A DNA stretch of 64,000 nucleotides from Bacilli bacterium. GTDB lineage: Bacteria; Bacillota_I; Bacilli_A; ML615J-28; CAG-313. This document shows, one piece after another, positions 10,254 to 20,838 of the stretch (positions are counted from its first letter, which is position 1; every line of letters begins with the position of its first letter). The stretch is taken from positions 57,309 to 121,308 of the forward strand of contig JAGBDV010000020.1 of the NCBI GenBank assembly GCA_017937305.1. Reading direction: 5' to 3'. The translations under genes and the position numbers were made by a program. Under the pieces are notes generated by a model. That model was given only the letters and a program-made list of their open reading frames with translations, did not search any database and was not told the origin of the DNA.

Positions 10254-12285
10254 AAGATTATTTAAATTTTTAAAGGGGAAAATGCATTGGTTTTTCATTA
10301 GCTTATTAATGATTATTATCATTCAGGCTCTAGCATTCGTTTCTCCACTTTTAGTTAAAACTGTTTTAGATGATTATATTTTGGGTATTGAATATGAATG
10401 GAAGCAAGTAGAGGAGAATGATGAATATACTGTTTCATATAATAATTTATTTTATAAACAAACTAGATTCATAGACGAAAATGACACTATAATTAAAGAT
10501 GTTAGTATTGTCCTTTATAAAAATGGTTTTTATTTTATTGATGATAAGGTAGTTGGTGGAAACAAAGAAATTAAAGAAGAAAATGACTTATTTATTTTAA
10601 ATACCTCATTTGATGGTAAGAATATTTCTTATGAAGCTATTAAATTAAACAAAGTTGAAGTGTTTGCATTTTATGAACCAGTAATACCTCACTTAGTGTT
10701 CTTTATAATAGTTATTTTTGTAAAAACTATTATTACAATAGTATGTGGCTTTATACAAGCATTCTCTATTAATAAGGTAGTTAACTATTTAGCTAACGAA
10801 GGAAGAACAAGAGCATTTAAAAATATTGAATTTTTACCAATTTCATATTTTGAAGAAGAACCTGCTGGGAAAATGGCAACAAGAATTACTAAAGATGTAG
10901 ATGGTATGATCATTATGTATCGTCAATTATTATTGCTATTTGCAACAGCTATCTTAAGTTTTATCCTTGCTTATGTAGGAATGTTTATTCTAAATTATAA
11001 ATTAGCTCTATTAACGTTTATAGCTTATCCAATAATATATTTATGGATTAGATTCTTCTTGAAGAAATTGAAGAATATCGCAGAAAGAGTAAATGAATCA
11101 AGAAGTTTACTTACTGCTAAAATAAACGAAATAATTAATGGTATTCAAATTTTACAAGTATTTAATTTTAAAAAGCAAACTGTTGATGAATTTAATCAAA
11201 TAAACGAAGACTACCGCAAAGAACAATTAAAAGAAGTAAAGCTTAGTACTACTCTTGGTTGGAATATGATTAATATTATGAGAGCATCTATAACAACATT
11301 AATTGTTGTGTATTTTGGAATTCAACATTTGAATGTTGCAGATGTGATTATTACGGCTGGATTAATATATGCCTATAATGATTATTTATCAAGAATTGTA
11401 GAACCAATTAATATTATTTTTACTCAAATTGGTGCATTTGAGCATTCACATGTTCAAGTAGATCGTATTCATAAAATTATTGAAGCTCCTATTGAAAATA
11501 AAGATAAAGAATTTATTGAAAGATATAAAGGAGATATAAAATTTGATAACGTATGGTTTAGTTATATTAAAGGCGAATATGTTTTAAAAGGTGTTACTAT
11601 TGATATTAAAGCAGGTCAAATGGTGGGTTTAGTTGGTCACACTGGTAGTGGAAAGAGCTCTATGATGAATTTATTACTAAGATTTTATGATATAACAGAT
11701 CCATTATCTGGAGCTATTTATGTAGATAATATGGATATTAGTAAGATTTCAAAAAGAACATATCGTTCTAATATTGGTATTGTTTTACAAGAACCTATTA
11801 TGTTAAAAGGTGATATTGCTTCAAATATTAGATTTGGCTTAGATAACATTAGTGATGAAGAGATAGTACGCGTCTTAACTGCTATGGGTGGGGACAAATT
11901 AATTAAAAAATTCCCTGATGGTATACATCAAGAACTTTCAAGAAAAGGTGTAAATATGAGTGCTGGAGAAAAACAAATTATTAGTTTAGCTCGCGCAATT
12001 ATTCGTAATCCATCTATTTTAATTATGGATGAAGCTACTTCACACATCGATACAGAGACGGAAAATATCATAAAGCAATCTTTGGAGTATGCGTGTAAAA
12101 ATAGAACTGTAATTGTAATTGCACATAGACTTTCTACCATTTATAATGCTGATAATATTATTGTTTTAGACCATGGAATTAAAGTAGAAGAAGGTAATCA
12201 TGACTCTTTAGTAAAACAAAATGGTGTTTACGCAAATATATATCGGTCTCAGGTTGCAAACATCAAAGATCTTAAGAATTTGTAA
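10240..12285 (+). CDS. ABC transporter permease/ATP-binding protein; heterodimer partner of the upstream exporter.
   Basis: GHTGSGKSS Walker A, MSAGEKQ signature, IMDEATS Walker B. Overlaps the upstream gene by 14 nt, implying translational coupling. ATG 10240 is preferred over GTG 10231. Confidence 0.85.
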   Translation: MKNYRRLFKFLKGKMHWFFISLLMIIIIQALAFVSPLLVKTVLDDYILGIEYEWKQVEENDEYTVSYNNLFYKQTRFIDENDTIIKDVSIVLYKNGFYFIDDKVVGGNKEIKEENDLFILNTSFDGKNISYEAIKLNKVEVFAFYEPVIPHLVFFIIVIFVKTIITIVCGFIQAFSINKVVNYLANEGRTRAFKNIEFLPISYFEEEPAGKMATRITKDVDGMIIMYRQLLLLFATAILSFILAYVGMFILNYKLALLTFIAYPIIYLWIRFFLKKLKNIAERVNESRSLLTAKINEIINGIQILQVFNFKKQTVDEFNQINEDYRKEQLKEVKLSTTLGWNMINIMRASITTLIVVYFGIQHLNVADVIITAGLIYAYNDYLSRIVEPINIIFTQIGAFEHSHVQVDRIHKIIEAPIENKDKEFIERYKGDIKFDNVWFSYIKGEYVLKGVTIDIKAGQMVGLVGHTGSGKSSMMNLLLRFYDITDPLSGAIYVDNMDISKISKRTYRSNIGIVLQEPIMLKGDIASNIRFGLDNISDEEIVRVLTAMGGDKLIKKFPDGIHQELSRKGVNMSAGEKQIISLARAIIRNPSILIMDEATSHIDTETENIIKQSLEYACKNRTVIVIAHRLSTIYNADNIIVLDHGIKVEEGNHDSLVKQNGVYANIYRSQVANIKDLKNL

Positions 12286-12357
12286 GACTTTAATGTTGAA
12301 AAAAAACACTTAATGGTGTAAAATATATTTAAATAAAAATTAAATTAGGAGGAAAAA

Positions 12358-13284
12358 ATGTTTAGATTTTTAAGTGCTGCAACTGATACTACAGTTCCAG
12401 AAACTGGTGAAGTCGTTGAAGAATTAAGTCTATTTGACAAAATTTTTAGTTTTGATTGGGGACTACCTGAACCTATTCAAAATTTTGTTAACAAATGTAT
12501 TGAAGTAGTAGTTGTTTTCATTGTTTTATTGATTTTATGTAAAATTGTTGATATGATTACTAAGAGAATGCGTAAACGCATGATTAAACGTAATGTTGAA
12601 AAGACAATTGTTCAAGTTGTTTATTATTTATCTAATAAAATTGTTAAATTATTACTTTTACTTATGGCAATTGGATTCTTAGGTGTTGATACATCAAGTG
12701 TTGCAGGATTAATTACTGCTGCTGGTTTAGGTGTAAGTTTAGCTGTTCAAGGAACATTATCTAACTTTGCAGGTGGTATTTTAATTCTATTCTTAAGACC
12801 ATTTAAAGTTGATGACTTTATTGAATGTCAAGGTACAAGCGGAACAGTTGAAGATATTAGAATTTTCTATACACATTTAAGAACACCTGATAACAAAGTT
12901 GTATTAATTCCAAATGGTGCTTTAATTGGTGGAAATGTAATTAATTACAGTACAAAAGCTACACGTAGAGTTGATTTAGTATTTGCAATTGATTATGAAG
13001 CTGATTATAAACAAGCTAAAGAGATTATTTTAGATGTATGTGCTAAGCATCAATTAATTTTAGAAGATCCTGCTCCTGCAGTTAGAATTGCTGAATGGGC
13101 TGCTTCATCAATTAATCTTTCTTGTAAAGTTTGGGTAAAGAATGAAAACTATTGGGATGTTACATTCGATTTATTAGAAACTGTGTACGATGAAATGAAT
13201 AAAGCTGGTATTAAAATTCCATATAACCAACTTGAAATTTCTTATCGTGATGCTTTAAAACAACAAGAAAAAGAAAACAAATAA
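12358..13284 (+). CDS. Small-conductance mechanosensitive channel (MscS family).
   Basis: Three-TM domain followed by an MscS beta-domain: PFKVDDFIE..GTSGTVEDIRIFYTHLRTPDNKVVLIPNG. Confidence 0.8.
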   Translation: MFRFLSAATDTTVPETGEVVEELSLFDKIFSFDWGLPEPIQNFVNKCIEVVVVFIVLLILCKIVDMITKRMRKRMIKRNVEKTIVQVVYYLSNKIVKLLLLLMAIGFLGVDTSSVAGLITAAGLGVSLAVQGTLSNFAGGILILFLRPFKVDDFIECQGTSGTVEDIRIFYTHLRTPDNKVVLIPNGALIGGNVINYSTKATRRVDLVFAIDYEADYKQAKEIILDVCAKHQLILEDPAPAVRIAEWAASSINLSCKVWVKNENYWDVTFDLLETVYDEMNKAGIKIPYNQLEISYRDALKQQEKENK

Positions 13285-13290
13285 AAAAAT

Positions 13291-13318
13291 AAAGCTCAAA
13301 GAAATTTGAGCTTTTTTT
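13291..13318 (+). terminator. Rho-independent terminator after the mscS-like gene.
   Basis: aaagctcaaa-gaa-atttgagcttt followed by tttt. Confidence 0.75.
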
Positions 13319-13334
13319 AAAATGAGGAATATTT

Positions 13335-14201
13335 ATGAAAGAAAATAAAATTGCTGTAATAGGATTAAGTGGAGAATCTATTTTTATGAAAATGGACCAT
13401 TTTAACCAAGAGGGTGAAACTGTAATAGCTAGTACATATCATGTTGAATATGGTGGTAAAGGATTTAATCAAGCCGTTGCTGCTAAAAGATTTGGTGCTA
13501 ATGTATCATTTCTTACATTGTGTGGTGATGATGAAATTGCAGAAAAAGTAGAAAAAACACTTAAAGATGAAAATATTAATTCTATAGTTATTAAAAGAAA
13601 AGCATCACGTAGTGCATCAGCTTGTATTATGATTGATAAGAATGGAAGAAATAGAGTTGTTTGTTATCCTGGTGTATCTAGCATGATGACTAAGGAAGAT
13701 GTAAGATTATTTGAAAATGAAATTAAAACAAGTAAATACTTATTATTACAACTTGAAATGAGTGATGAATCATTAGAAGAAGCAGTGAGACTTGCAAAAA
13801 AATATGATACTTTAGTTGTATTAAATCCTGCTCCAGCTAAAGAATTACCAATTGGATTATTAAAAGATGTTTATTTACTTACTCCTAATGAACAAGAAGC
13901 TAATGTTATCTTTAAAGATAAAAAATTAGATGAATTAGAATTTGAAAATGTTATTATTACGCTTGGAGAAAAAGGCTCTGTAGTAAAAGAAAAGAATGAA
14001 TTATCAGTAATTACTGCAAAGAAAGTGACGGCAATAAATACAACTGGTGCTGGAGATACATATAATGGTGTATTAGTTGCTGCCCTTTTAGAAGGGAATA
14101 ATTTATTAGAATCTGCTAAACTTGCAGGCATTGCATCTACAATTTCAGTGACTAAGGAGTTTGTAATTGATTCAATTCCTTATCGTAAGGATATTAAATA
14201 A
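13335..14201 (+). CDS. rbsK: Ribokinase (PfkB family).
   Basis: N-terminal GG dipeptide motif (YGGKGFNQA) and C-terminal NTTGAGDTYNG anion-hole motif. Confidence 0.8.
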   Translation: MKENKIAVIGLSGESIFMKMDHFNQEGETVIASTYHVEYGGKGFNQAVAAKRFGANVSFLTLCGDDEIAEKVEKTLKDENINSIVIKRKASRSASACIMIDKNGRNRVVCYPGVSSMMTKEDVRLFENEIKTSKYLLLQLEMSDESLEEAVRLAKKYDTLVVLNPAPAKELPIGLLKDVYLLTPNEQEANVIFKDKKLDELEFENVIITLGEKGSVVKEKNELSVITAKKVTAINTTGAGDTYNGVLVAALLEGNNLLESAKLAGIASTISVTKEFVIDSIPYRKDIK

Positions 14202-14287
14202 AAACTTATACTTTAAACTTGAATATAATATTAATTTATGGTATAATAAGTATGTTAAAAGTAAAATCAAAAGGAGAATAATTTTAT

Positions 14288-16084
14288 ATGATTTACAAGA
14301 CTATATTAACACCAGAAGAAGCATCAAAAGACTTCTTAGAAAATGAAAAACAATTCCACTTAGGTGTTATTCCAACAGAACAATCAAATCCTATTACTAA
14401 AAATTTAAGTGCAACAATTGCAAGAAGTACTGCTGAAGGTATTAAATTAATCTTAGCTGCAGACAAGTATATTCCTGCAAAAGCTAAAGAAGCTTTCCAT
14501 ACTCCTGAATTCGAAGCATTAGTAGATGCAATCGTTAGCGCTATGAATAATCATAAGACTGTTCTATTCTCTTCAGTAGGTGCATCTGGTCGTATGGCTA
14601 TCCAATTAGATGCTGCTTGGAGATATTTCTGGACATCTTTAACACAAATTTTACCTGCTAAAAAAGAAGAATTAATGAAGATTAGTGAAGTAACTAATTC
14701 TCATACTACAGGTGGTGACCGTGCTTTAGTTCACTCAGTTGAAAACTTCGAAGACTATTTAACATTTGGTCGTCAACAAGTTATTGAAGCAAATGTAGGT
14801 CCTGGTGACGTTGTAGTTGCTTTAGCTGAATGTGGTCTTTCTGCATCTGTTAATGGTGCTGCATTACAAGGTCAAGAAAATGGATGTAAAACATTCTATT
14901 TATACTGTAATCCAAAAGAAATTTTATATGCTCACTTAGATAGAGTTAAAGAATCATTTGATCGTCCTGACATTATCAAAATTCCTCTATTTGTTGGTAA
15001 CATGGCTGTTGCTGGTTCAACTCGTATGCAAGTTACTACAGTTGAATTATTAGTTGCTGGTGCTGCTTTAGAAGCTGCTGCTTATAAATGGATGCAACAA
15101 CATCTAACTGAAGATGAATTAAAAGTTGTTAATGTTGCTGGTAAAGGTGCATTAGACTTAGATGCATATGCAGATGCTCATCAAGATTTATTAGATCAAT
15201 TATCTCAAGGTGCTGCACTTGAAGGTTTAACAAAAGCTGTTGAACTTGAATATAATACTTATATGGAAAAAGGTTTAGTTACTTATCTTACTCATGATTA
15301 TTTACTAGATATCATGACAGATACTACAGAACGTCAACCTACATTTACGCTTCCTCCATTTAAGAAATTTGCTGACAAAGAAGCACAAGTTAGCTGGGCT
15401 TATGTAAAAGACCCACTATATCCTAATACAGTTGCATGGCAACATTTATTCCGTCGTCCTATTAAAGGTTTAGAATGGGGTAAAGAAGATTATATTAGAA
15501 TGAACGCTGATCAACAAATCATTAACAATCCTCCACATGTAAGTGGTGAAGAAGTATTAGATTACAACATTGGTAATGAAGTTGATGAATCTCGTTATTC
15601 ACGTAAACCAGCAAGACTTTTATGTATGGATATTAACAATTCTGCTAATAAAGATGTTCTTGCTTGGTTCAATAATGAAAAAGGTAAATTCTCTGAAGGT
15701 TATGTAATTCGTTTTGGTGAAATCACTGATGAAGTTAAGAATGATAAAGAAATTCATATTCCAGTTAAACTTCCTCGTACATGTACAGATTTAATGACTC
15801 ACTTATTAATTAAATTATCATTTAACTTAATGTCTACAGCTACAATGGCTAAGATGGGTAGAGTATTTGGAAACTGGATGGTTCAAGTTTTACCTACTAA
15901 TAAGAAGTTAATTGACCGTTCTACAAGAATTATTGCAAACCTTGCAAAGATTCCTTATGAACAAGCAAACCTTGAATTCTTCAAATCTTATTATAATCGT
16001 AAACCAGAAGATGAATACAAACAATCTTATGTTGTTGAAACATTATTAAGACTTGGTTTCGATCCAACTAAAGATATCGAATAA
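14288..16084 (+). CDS. SIS-domain protein of the MurQ/GckR family (N-acetylmuramic acid-6-phosphate etherase-like), double length (~600 aa).
   Basis: MurQ-like motifs in order: TEQSNPITKNLS, GASGRM, CNP, GSTRMQ, and LMSTATMAKMGRVFGNWMVQVLPTNKKL (MurQ has [27 protein letters not shown]). Confidence 0.55.
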   Translation: MIYKTILTPEEASKDFLENEKQFHLGVIPTEQSNPITKNLSATIARSTAEGIKLILAADKYIPAKAKEAFHTPEFEALVDAIVSAMNNHKTVLFSSVGASGRMAIQLDAAWRYFWTSLTQILPAKKEELMKISEVTNSHTTGGDRALVHSVENFEDYLTFGRQQVIEANVGPGDVVVALAECGLSASVNGAALQGQENGCKTFYLYCNPKEILYAHLDRVKESFDRPDIIKIPLFVGNMAVAGSTRMQVTTVELLVAGAALEAAAYKWMQQHLTEDELKVVNVAGKGALDLDAYADAHQDLLDQLSQGAALEGLTKAVELEYNTYMEKGLVTYLTHDYLLDIMTDTTERQPTFTLPPFKKFADKEAQVSWAYVKDPLYPNTVAWQHLFRRPIKGLEWGKEDYIRMNADQQIINNPPHVSGEEVLDYNIGNEVDESRYSRKPARLLCMDINNSANKDVLAWFNNEKGKFSEGYVIRFGEITDEVKNDKEIHIPVKLPRTCTDLMTHLLIKLSFNLMSTATMAKMGRVFGNWMVQVLPTNKKLIDRSTRIIANLAKIPYEQANLEFFKSYYNRKPEDEYKQSYVVETLLRLGFDPTKDIE

Positions 16085-16099
16085 TTTTAATAATTAAAT

Positions 16100-16126
16100 A
16101 ACTCCCTTTATGGGAGTTATTTTTAT
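16100..16126 (+). terminator. Rho-independent terminator.
   Basis: aactccc-tttat-gggagtt followed by atttttat. Confidence 0.7.
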
Positions 16127-16201
16127 GTTAATTCTTTTTTATAGAAAAATAATGAAAAATTTGTTATAATAATTAAAGTATTTTTTATTTAAGGAGTAAT
16201 T

Positions 16202-17746
16202 ATGAGTTTACTTAATGTTACTAATGTAAGCCATGGATTTGGTGAAAGAGTTATATTAAAAAATGCATCATTTAGATTATTAAAAGGTGAACATATAGGG
16301 CTAGTTGGTGCTAATGGTGAAGGTAAATCTACCTTTATAAACATTTTAATGGGAAAAGAACTTCCAGAAGAAGGTAAAATTGAGTGGGCTAAACATTTAA
16401 AAGTTGGATACTTAGATCAATTTTCTTCACTTATACCAGGTGTGACAATTAGAGAAACACTTAGAACTGCATTTAAAGACATGTTTTTATATGAAGAAGA
16501 AATTAATAATCTTTACATGCAAATGGGTGAAATGACTGAAGAAGAAATGAATGAAGCATTAGAAGAAATTGGTGAAATGCAAAGTTATTTAGAAAATTCA
16601 GGTTTTTATCTAATTGATAGTAAAATAGAAGAAGTTGCATTTGGACTTGGACTTAAAGAAATTGGTCTAGACTCACTAGTAGATGAGTTATCTGGTGGGC
16701 AACGTGCAAAAGTTCTTTTAACAAAATTATTATTAGAAAATCCACAAGTATTAATTCTAGATGAACCGACTAACTTTTTAGATGAAATTCACGTTACATG
16801 GCTTAAAAACTATTTACTTAATTTTGAAAATGCATTTATTGTAATTTCACATGATGAAATCTTTTTAAATGAAGTTGTTAATGTTATTTATCATATTGAT
16901 AATGGGGTACTTACAAGATATTCTGGAAATCTTGATTATTTTAAACAGGCATATGAGGTTAAAATGCGTCAACTAGATGCTGCATATGAGGCTCAACAAA
17001 AAGAAATTGCAAAAATGGAAGATTTTATTGCCCGCAATAAAGCTAGAGTTGCAACACGTAGTATGGCAAATAGTAGACAAAAGAAACTTGACAAGATGGA
17101 ATTAATTGATAAAGGGAAAGAAAAGATTAAACCTCACTTTGTTTTTAAATTTTCTAAAACTACTGGTAAAGTATTATTTAGATGTGAAGATTTAGTTATT
17201 GGTTATGATAAACCTCTTTCTAAACCTATTAATTTAGAAATCTTAAGAGGTGAAAGAGTTGTTATTAAAGGTAGTAATGGTATAGGAAAAACTACTTTAG
17301 TAAAATCCTTAATAGGAGATTTAAAACCTATCAGTGGAAATGTTATAAAAAGTCCAGCTGTTGATATAAATTATTTTGAACAAGAAGCCCCTGGTAATAG
17401 AAATACTCCATTTGAAGAAATTAGGGATTCATTTCCAACTTTAAATAATGGTGAAATTCATTATTTCTTATCAGCATCAGGACTTACAAATCAAAATATT
17501 GAATCTCAAATTATTACTTTATCTGGTGGTGAAGCTGCAAAGGTAAGACTTTGTAAGTTAACTATTCAAGATAGTAATTGTTTAATTCTGGATGAACCAA
17601 CTAACCATTTAGATGTTCTTGCAAAAGAAGCTTTAAAAGAAGCTATAGAAGAATATGAAGGAACAGTTATTTTAGTTTGTCATGAACCTGATTTTTATGA
17701 AGGCTTAAATTTTAGAGTAATTGATGCTGAAAAACATAGTATTTAG
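16202..17746 (+). CDS. ABC-F family ATPase: two ABC domains with an ~80-aa interdomain linker and no TM domain.
   Basis: Two Walker A motifs (GANGEGKST, GSNGIGKTT) and two signature motifs (LSGGQRAK, LSGGEAAK). Subfamily (translation factor versus ARE) cannot be decided from sequence. Confidence 0.85.
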   Translation: MSLLNVTNVSHGFGERVILKNASFRLLKGEHIGLVGANGEGKSTFINILMGKELPEEGKIEWAKHLKVGYLDQFSSLIPGVTIRETLRTAFKDMFLYEEEINNLYMQMGEMTEEEMNEALEEIGEMQSYLENSGFYLIDSKIEEVAFGLGLKEIGLDSLVDELSGGQRAKVLLTKLLLENPQVLILDEPTNFLDEIHVTWLKNYLLNFENAFIVISHDEIFLNEVVNVIYHIDNGVLTRYSGNLDYFKQAYEVKMRQLDAAYEAQQKEIAKMEDFIARNKARVATRSMANSRQKKLDKMELIDKGKEKIKPHFVFKFSKTTGKVLFRCEDLVIGYDKPLSKPINLEILRGERVVIKGSNGIGKTTLVKSLIGDLKPISGNVIKSPAVDINYFEQEAPGNRNTPFEEIRDSFPTLNNGEIHYFLSASGLTNQNIESQIITLSGGEAAKVRLCKLTIQDSNCLILDEPTNHLDVLAKEALKEAIEEYEGTVILVCHEPDFYEGLNFRVIDAEKHSI

Positions 17747-17908
17747 TTTTAAATTAAAAGTGTCAATAAAACAAAAAATAGCTTATTTTACTTATATTTT
17801 TTAGCTATAAGTTATAAAAAAATTTAAAAATAACCCATCTGTAAGAAGATGAGTAATAATTAAAATTAATAATTTATCATCAAATTATCGAAAGGAGAAA
17901 AAGAAAAA

Positions 17909-19285
17909 ATGTTAAAAAAATTTATAGGAAATAAACAATTTTATAAAACTTTATTAGTAGTTTGTATACCTATTGTTTTATCCCAATTAATAACGCAATT
18001 TGTTGGTCTTCTTGATAATTTAATGGTAGGACAACTTTCTCCAGCAGAATATAATGGTGTTGCAATAGCAAATCAATTTATGTTTATCTTTAATTTAGCA
18101 GTTTTTGGGGCTACTGCAGGACCTAGTATATTTGCAACACAATATCATGGAGCTAAAAATATTGAAGGTGTTAAAGAAACTATTAGGTATAAATGGATTA
18201 TTAGCATAGTAATCTTATTAATCGGTATATTGGTATTTACACTTTTTGATGATTCATTATTTAACTTATTTATTCATGAGGAAAATTTAGATAGTGTAAA
18301 TCCAGCTGATGTAATTAAATATGGCAAGGAATACCTTTCAGTGATGATTTTTGGATTATTACCATTTGTTATCACTGAAATTTATAGCACAAATTTAAGA
18401 GAAGCAAAACAAACATTTGTACCAATGCTTTCAAACATTATTGCAGTAGTGTTAAATTTAGTATTAAATTACATTTTAATTTTTGGAAACTTTGGTTTAC
18501 CTGCTCTTGGTGTTAAAGGTGCAGCCATAGCAACAGTAATTTCAAGAGTTATTGGTTGTGCAGTTGTTGTTGTTTTTGCTCACTGCAATAAAAAATATAA
18601 TTTTGTTAATTGTATTTTTAAAAGATTTTTACCATCTAAAAGTTCGTTTGTTAATATCTTTAAGGGATCATATTTATTGTTAATTAATGAATTTTTGTGG
18701 TCATTTGGAATGACGCTATTAAATTATTGCTTCTCATTTAAGGGATTAGAAGTTGTAGCTGCCATGAATATTGTATCTACTGTTAGTAACTTATTTGGTT
18801 TACTTGGAACATCAGTAGGTATTGGTATTTCAGTTATACTCGGACAACAACTTGGTTCTAATCAACTAATTGAAGCAAAAGAAGATAGTAATAAATATAT
18901 CTTCTTCGCAATTATATTAGGTATTTTTATTACTGTTTTAATGTTTTTCATTAAAGATCCAATTTTATCGCTTTATAAGTTTGATAGAAGTATTTTAGAT
19001 ATTGCAAGCACTTTAATAATTATTTCTAGTGCGATGGTAGTCGTAAGAACTTACAGTATCACATGTTATTTCATAATAAGAAGTGGTGGAAAGATATTTA
19101 TAACTTTCCTTTTTGATAGTGTATTTACGATTGTTATTAGATTTGGAGTAACGTTCTTATTTGTTAAACTTACTGATTTAAATATTTTCTATATTTATTT
19201 TATTTCAGAATCTTTAGAGATTATTAAAATTATTATTGGGACTATTTTAGTTAAAAAAGGTATTTGGGTAAATAAATTAGATTAA
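17909..19285 (+). CDS. MATE family efflux transporter.
   Basis: 12-TM protein with MATE-like N-terminus (QLITQFVGLLDNLMVGQL). Confidence 0.75.
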   Translation: MLKKFIGNKQFYKTLLVVCIPIVLSQLITQFVGLLDNLMVGQLSPAEYNGVAIANQFMFIFNLAVFGATAGPSIFATQYHGAKNIEGVKETIRYKWIISIVILLIGILVFTLFDDSLFNLFIHEENLDSVNPADVIKYGKEYLSVMIFGLLPFVITEIYSTNLREAKQTFVPMLSNIIAVVLNLVLNYILIFGNFGLPALGVKGAAIATVISRVIGCAVVVVFAHCNKKYNFVNCIFKRFLPSKSSFVNIFKGSYLLLINEFLWSFGMTLLNYCFSFKGLEVVAAMNIVSTVSNLFGLLGTSVGIGISVILGQQLGSNQLIEAKEDSNKYIFFAIILGIFITVLMFFIKDPILSLYKFDRSILDIASTLIIISSAMVVVRTYSITCYFIIRSGGKIFITFLFDSVFTIVIRFGVTFLFVKLTDLNIFYIYFISESLEIIKIIIGTILVKKGIWVNKLD

Positions 19286-19316
19286 AAAAAAGTCAATGAA
19301 TTCATTGACTTTTTAT
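19284..19316. terminator. Bidirectional terminator between convergent genes.
   Basis: A-run, then aagtcaatgaattcattgactt, then T-run. Confidence 0.75.
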
Positions 19317-20128
19317 TCTTTTGGTTCTTGATAACAAATACCAATATTTAAATCACCAAATTTTTTTGCGTATTGGTAAGTATTAGGACGCTCAAAGTTT
19401 TGGAAAGTAACAGGAATAGAATTTTCTGGTTTTGATTCCTCTGCAACTTCTAAATAATGATTGAATATTTCTTTTTCAAATACTGTCATTAGATGTCCTG
19501 TAATAAAATGTGTAAAATCAAGTTTCATTACGCGTTTTAACATGTTAATATAAGTTTTTTTATCAGTTGACTCTTCTAAGAACATCCATATCATAGAAAT
19601 AGCAGCATCTCCAGTAAATAAAAGTTTATGTTCATGTATTAAAAGGCCAATTGAACCTTTTGTATGCCCTTCCATACCAATTATTTCTACATGCATATTA
19701 CCTAAATCTAAAATAGTTCCATTATCTATTAATTTATAATTTGCTAGCTTTTTATTTATGTATTCAGTGCAATTATATGTTTCATCAATTAAACCTAATT
19801 TTTTTGCAGATTCAATATTTTTTGTTCGTTTTTCTATTCCATTATGTTTAATATATAATTGTTCATCAAGTCTAGGTATATAAACTTCATCAAATAAATA
19901 AGCACCTGATGAGTGGTCCATATGCCCATGTGTACATATAACAATGTATGGTGTATCAATATATGACTCTACTAATTCTCTAATATTAAATATACCGTAA
20001 CCACAGTCAACTACAATCGCTTTACTTTCTCCTTTTATAATAGAAAAGCAGACTCCTTGAGGGTCTCTAAAATGATATATAAATGGATATGGATTCATTA
20101 CATTAAAATTCATCATATAATACCTCAC
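19313..20128 (-). CDS. MBL-fold metallo-hydrolase.
   Basis: HGHMDHSSG motif and downstream His/Asp ligands (TGD, GH). Confidence 0.75.
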   Translation of the reverse strand: MRYYMMNFNVMNPYPFIYHFRDPQGVCFSIIKGESKAIVVDCGYGIFNIRELVESYIDTPYIVICTHGHMDHSSGAYLFDEVYIPRLDEQLYIKHNGIEKRTKNIESAKKLGLIDETYNCTEYINKKLANYKLIDNGTILDLGNMHVEIIGMEGHTKGSIGLLIHEHKLLFTGDAAISMIWMFLEESTDKKTYINMLKRVMKLDFTHFITGHLMTVFEKEIFNHYLEVAEESKPENSIPVTFQNFERPNTYQYAKKFGDLNIGICYQEPKE

Positions 20129-20245
20129 TTCGGTAATTATTATAGCATAAAACTACAAAAAAAGTTAAAAGTTTAATAATAATATGTCAAAAAAAACATC
20201 TTGATTACCTATTAATAATTTGATACAATAACATTAGGTGATGAT

Positions 20246-20812
20246 ATGTTTTATTTATTTTTAATGGGCTGTACTTATTATTCATATAATTTATATAAAA
20301 AATATTTTAAAATAGATTTTAAATGTATAGTTTGTTATTTAATTGTTAACTTAATAAGTATTATATATTATAAATTTAATAATAAGTTAGATTCAGTATT
20401 TTTTCATATAGTAATAATTCATTTATTATTATCGTTTATAATAGATATAAAAGAAATGTGGATAGCTGATTATACTATTATTAGTGTATTAATAATTAAT
20501 ATTATTAGAACTATTTTTAATTTTTATTATAATCATGTAACGATATATGAAGGAACTATTTTTATGTTTTTGTTTATTCTTATAGTCTTATTATCACAAT
20601 TAATATTAAAAAAAGAATTAATGGGTTTTGGGGATTTAAAACTATTTTTTGTATTGAGTTTTAATTATTCATTTGTCAATGCAATATGTTTATTAATGTG
20701 TTCGGCAGTAATAGGAATAATTTATTATTTTATATTTAATAAGAAAAATGAGTTTCCATTTGGACCAGCTATAATAATTGCTTATATAGCTATTGAAATA
20801 TTAAAAAGTTAG
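20246..20812 (+). CDS. A24-family prepilin peptidase-like membrane protein (peptidase domain only; TadV/ComC-like).
   Basis: Multi-TM protein with FIIDIKEMWI (first Asp), MGFGDLKLFFVL (the GGGDVKL-like second Asp) and C-terminal FPFGPAIIIAYIAI, as in PilD. Confidence 0.55.
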   Translation: MFYLFLMGCTYYSYNLYKKYFKIDFKCIVCYLIVNLISIIYYKFNNKLDSVFFHIVIIHLLLSFIIDIKEMWIADYTIISVLIINIIRTIFNFYYNHVTIYEGTIFMFLFILIVLLSQLILKKELMGFGDLKLFFVLSFNYSFVNAICLLMCSAVIGIIYYFIFNKKNEFPFGPAIIIAYIAIEILKS

Positions 20813-20836
20813 TAGTTAAGTACTACTAACTTTTTA
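20809..20836. terminator. Bidirectional terminator hairpin.
   Basis: ttagtagt-taag-tactactaa followed by cttttt. Confidence 0.6.
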
Positions 20837-20838
20837 TG

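Noticed and set aside
7691-14131. Antisense ORFs 7691..7879, 9030..9221, 9368..9571, 11928..12140 and 13871..14131.
   Set aside because: They lie inside map, the ABC exporter and ribokinase genes on the opposite strand, with no start context.
17747-17908. Small inverted repeats (catct...agatg; tagctta...) upstream of the MATE gene as a regulatory element.
   Set aside because: The stems are too short (5 bp) and chance-level in 25-30% GC DNA.
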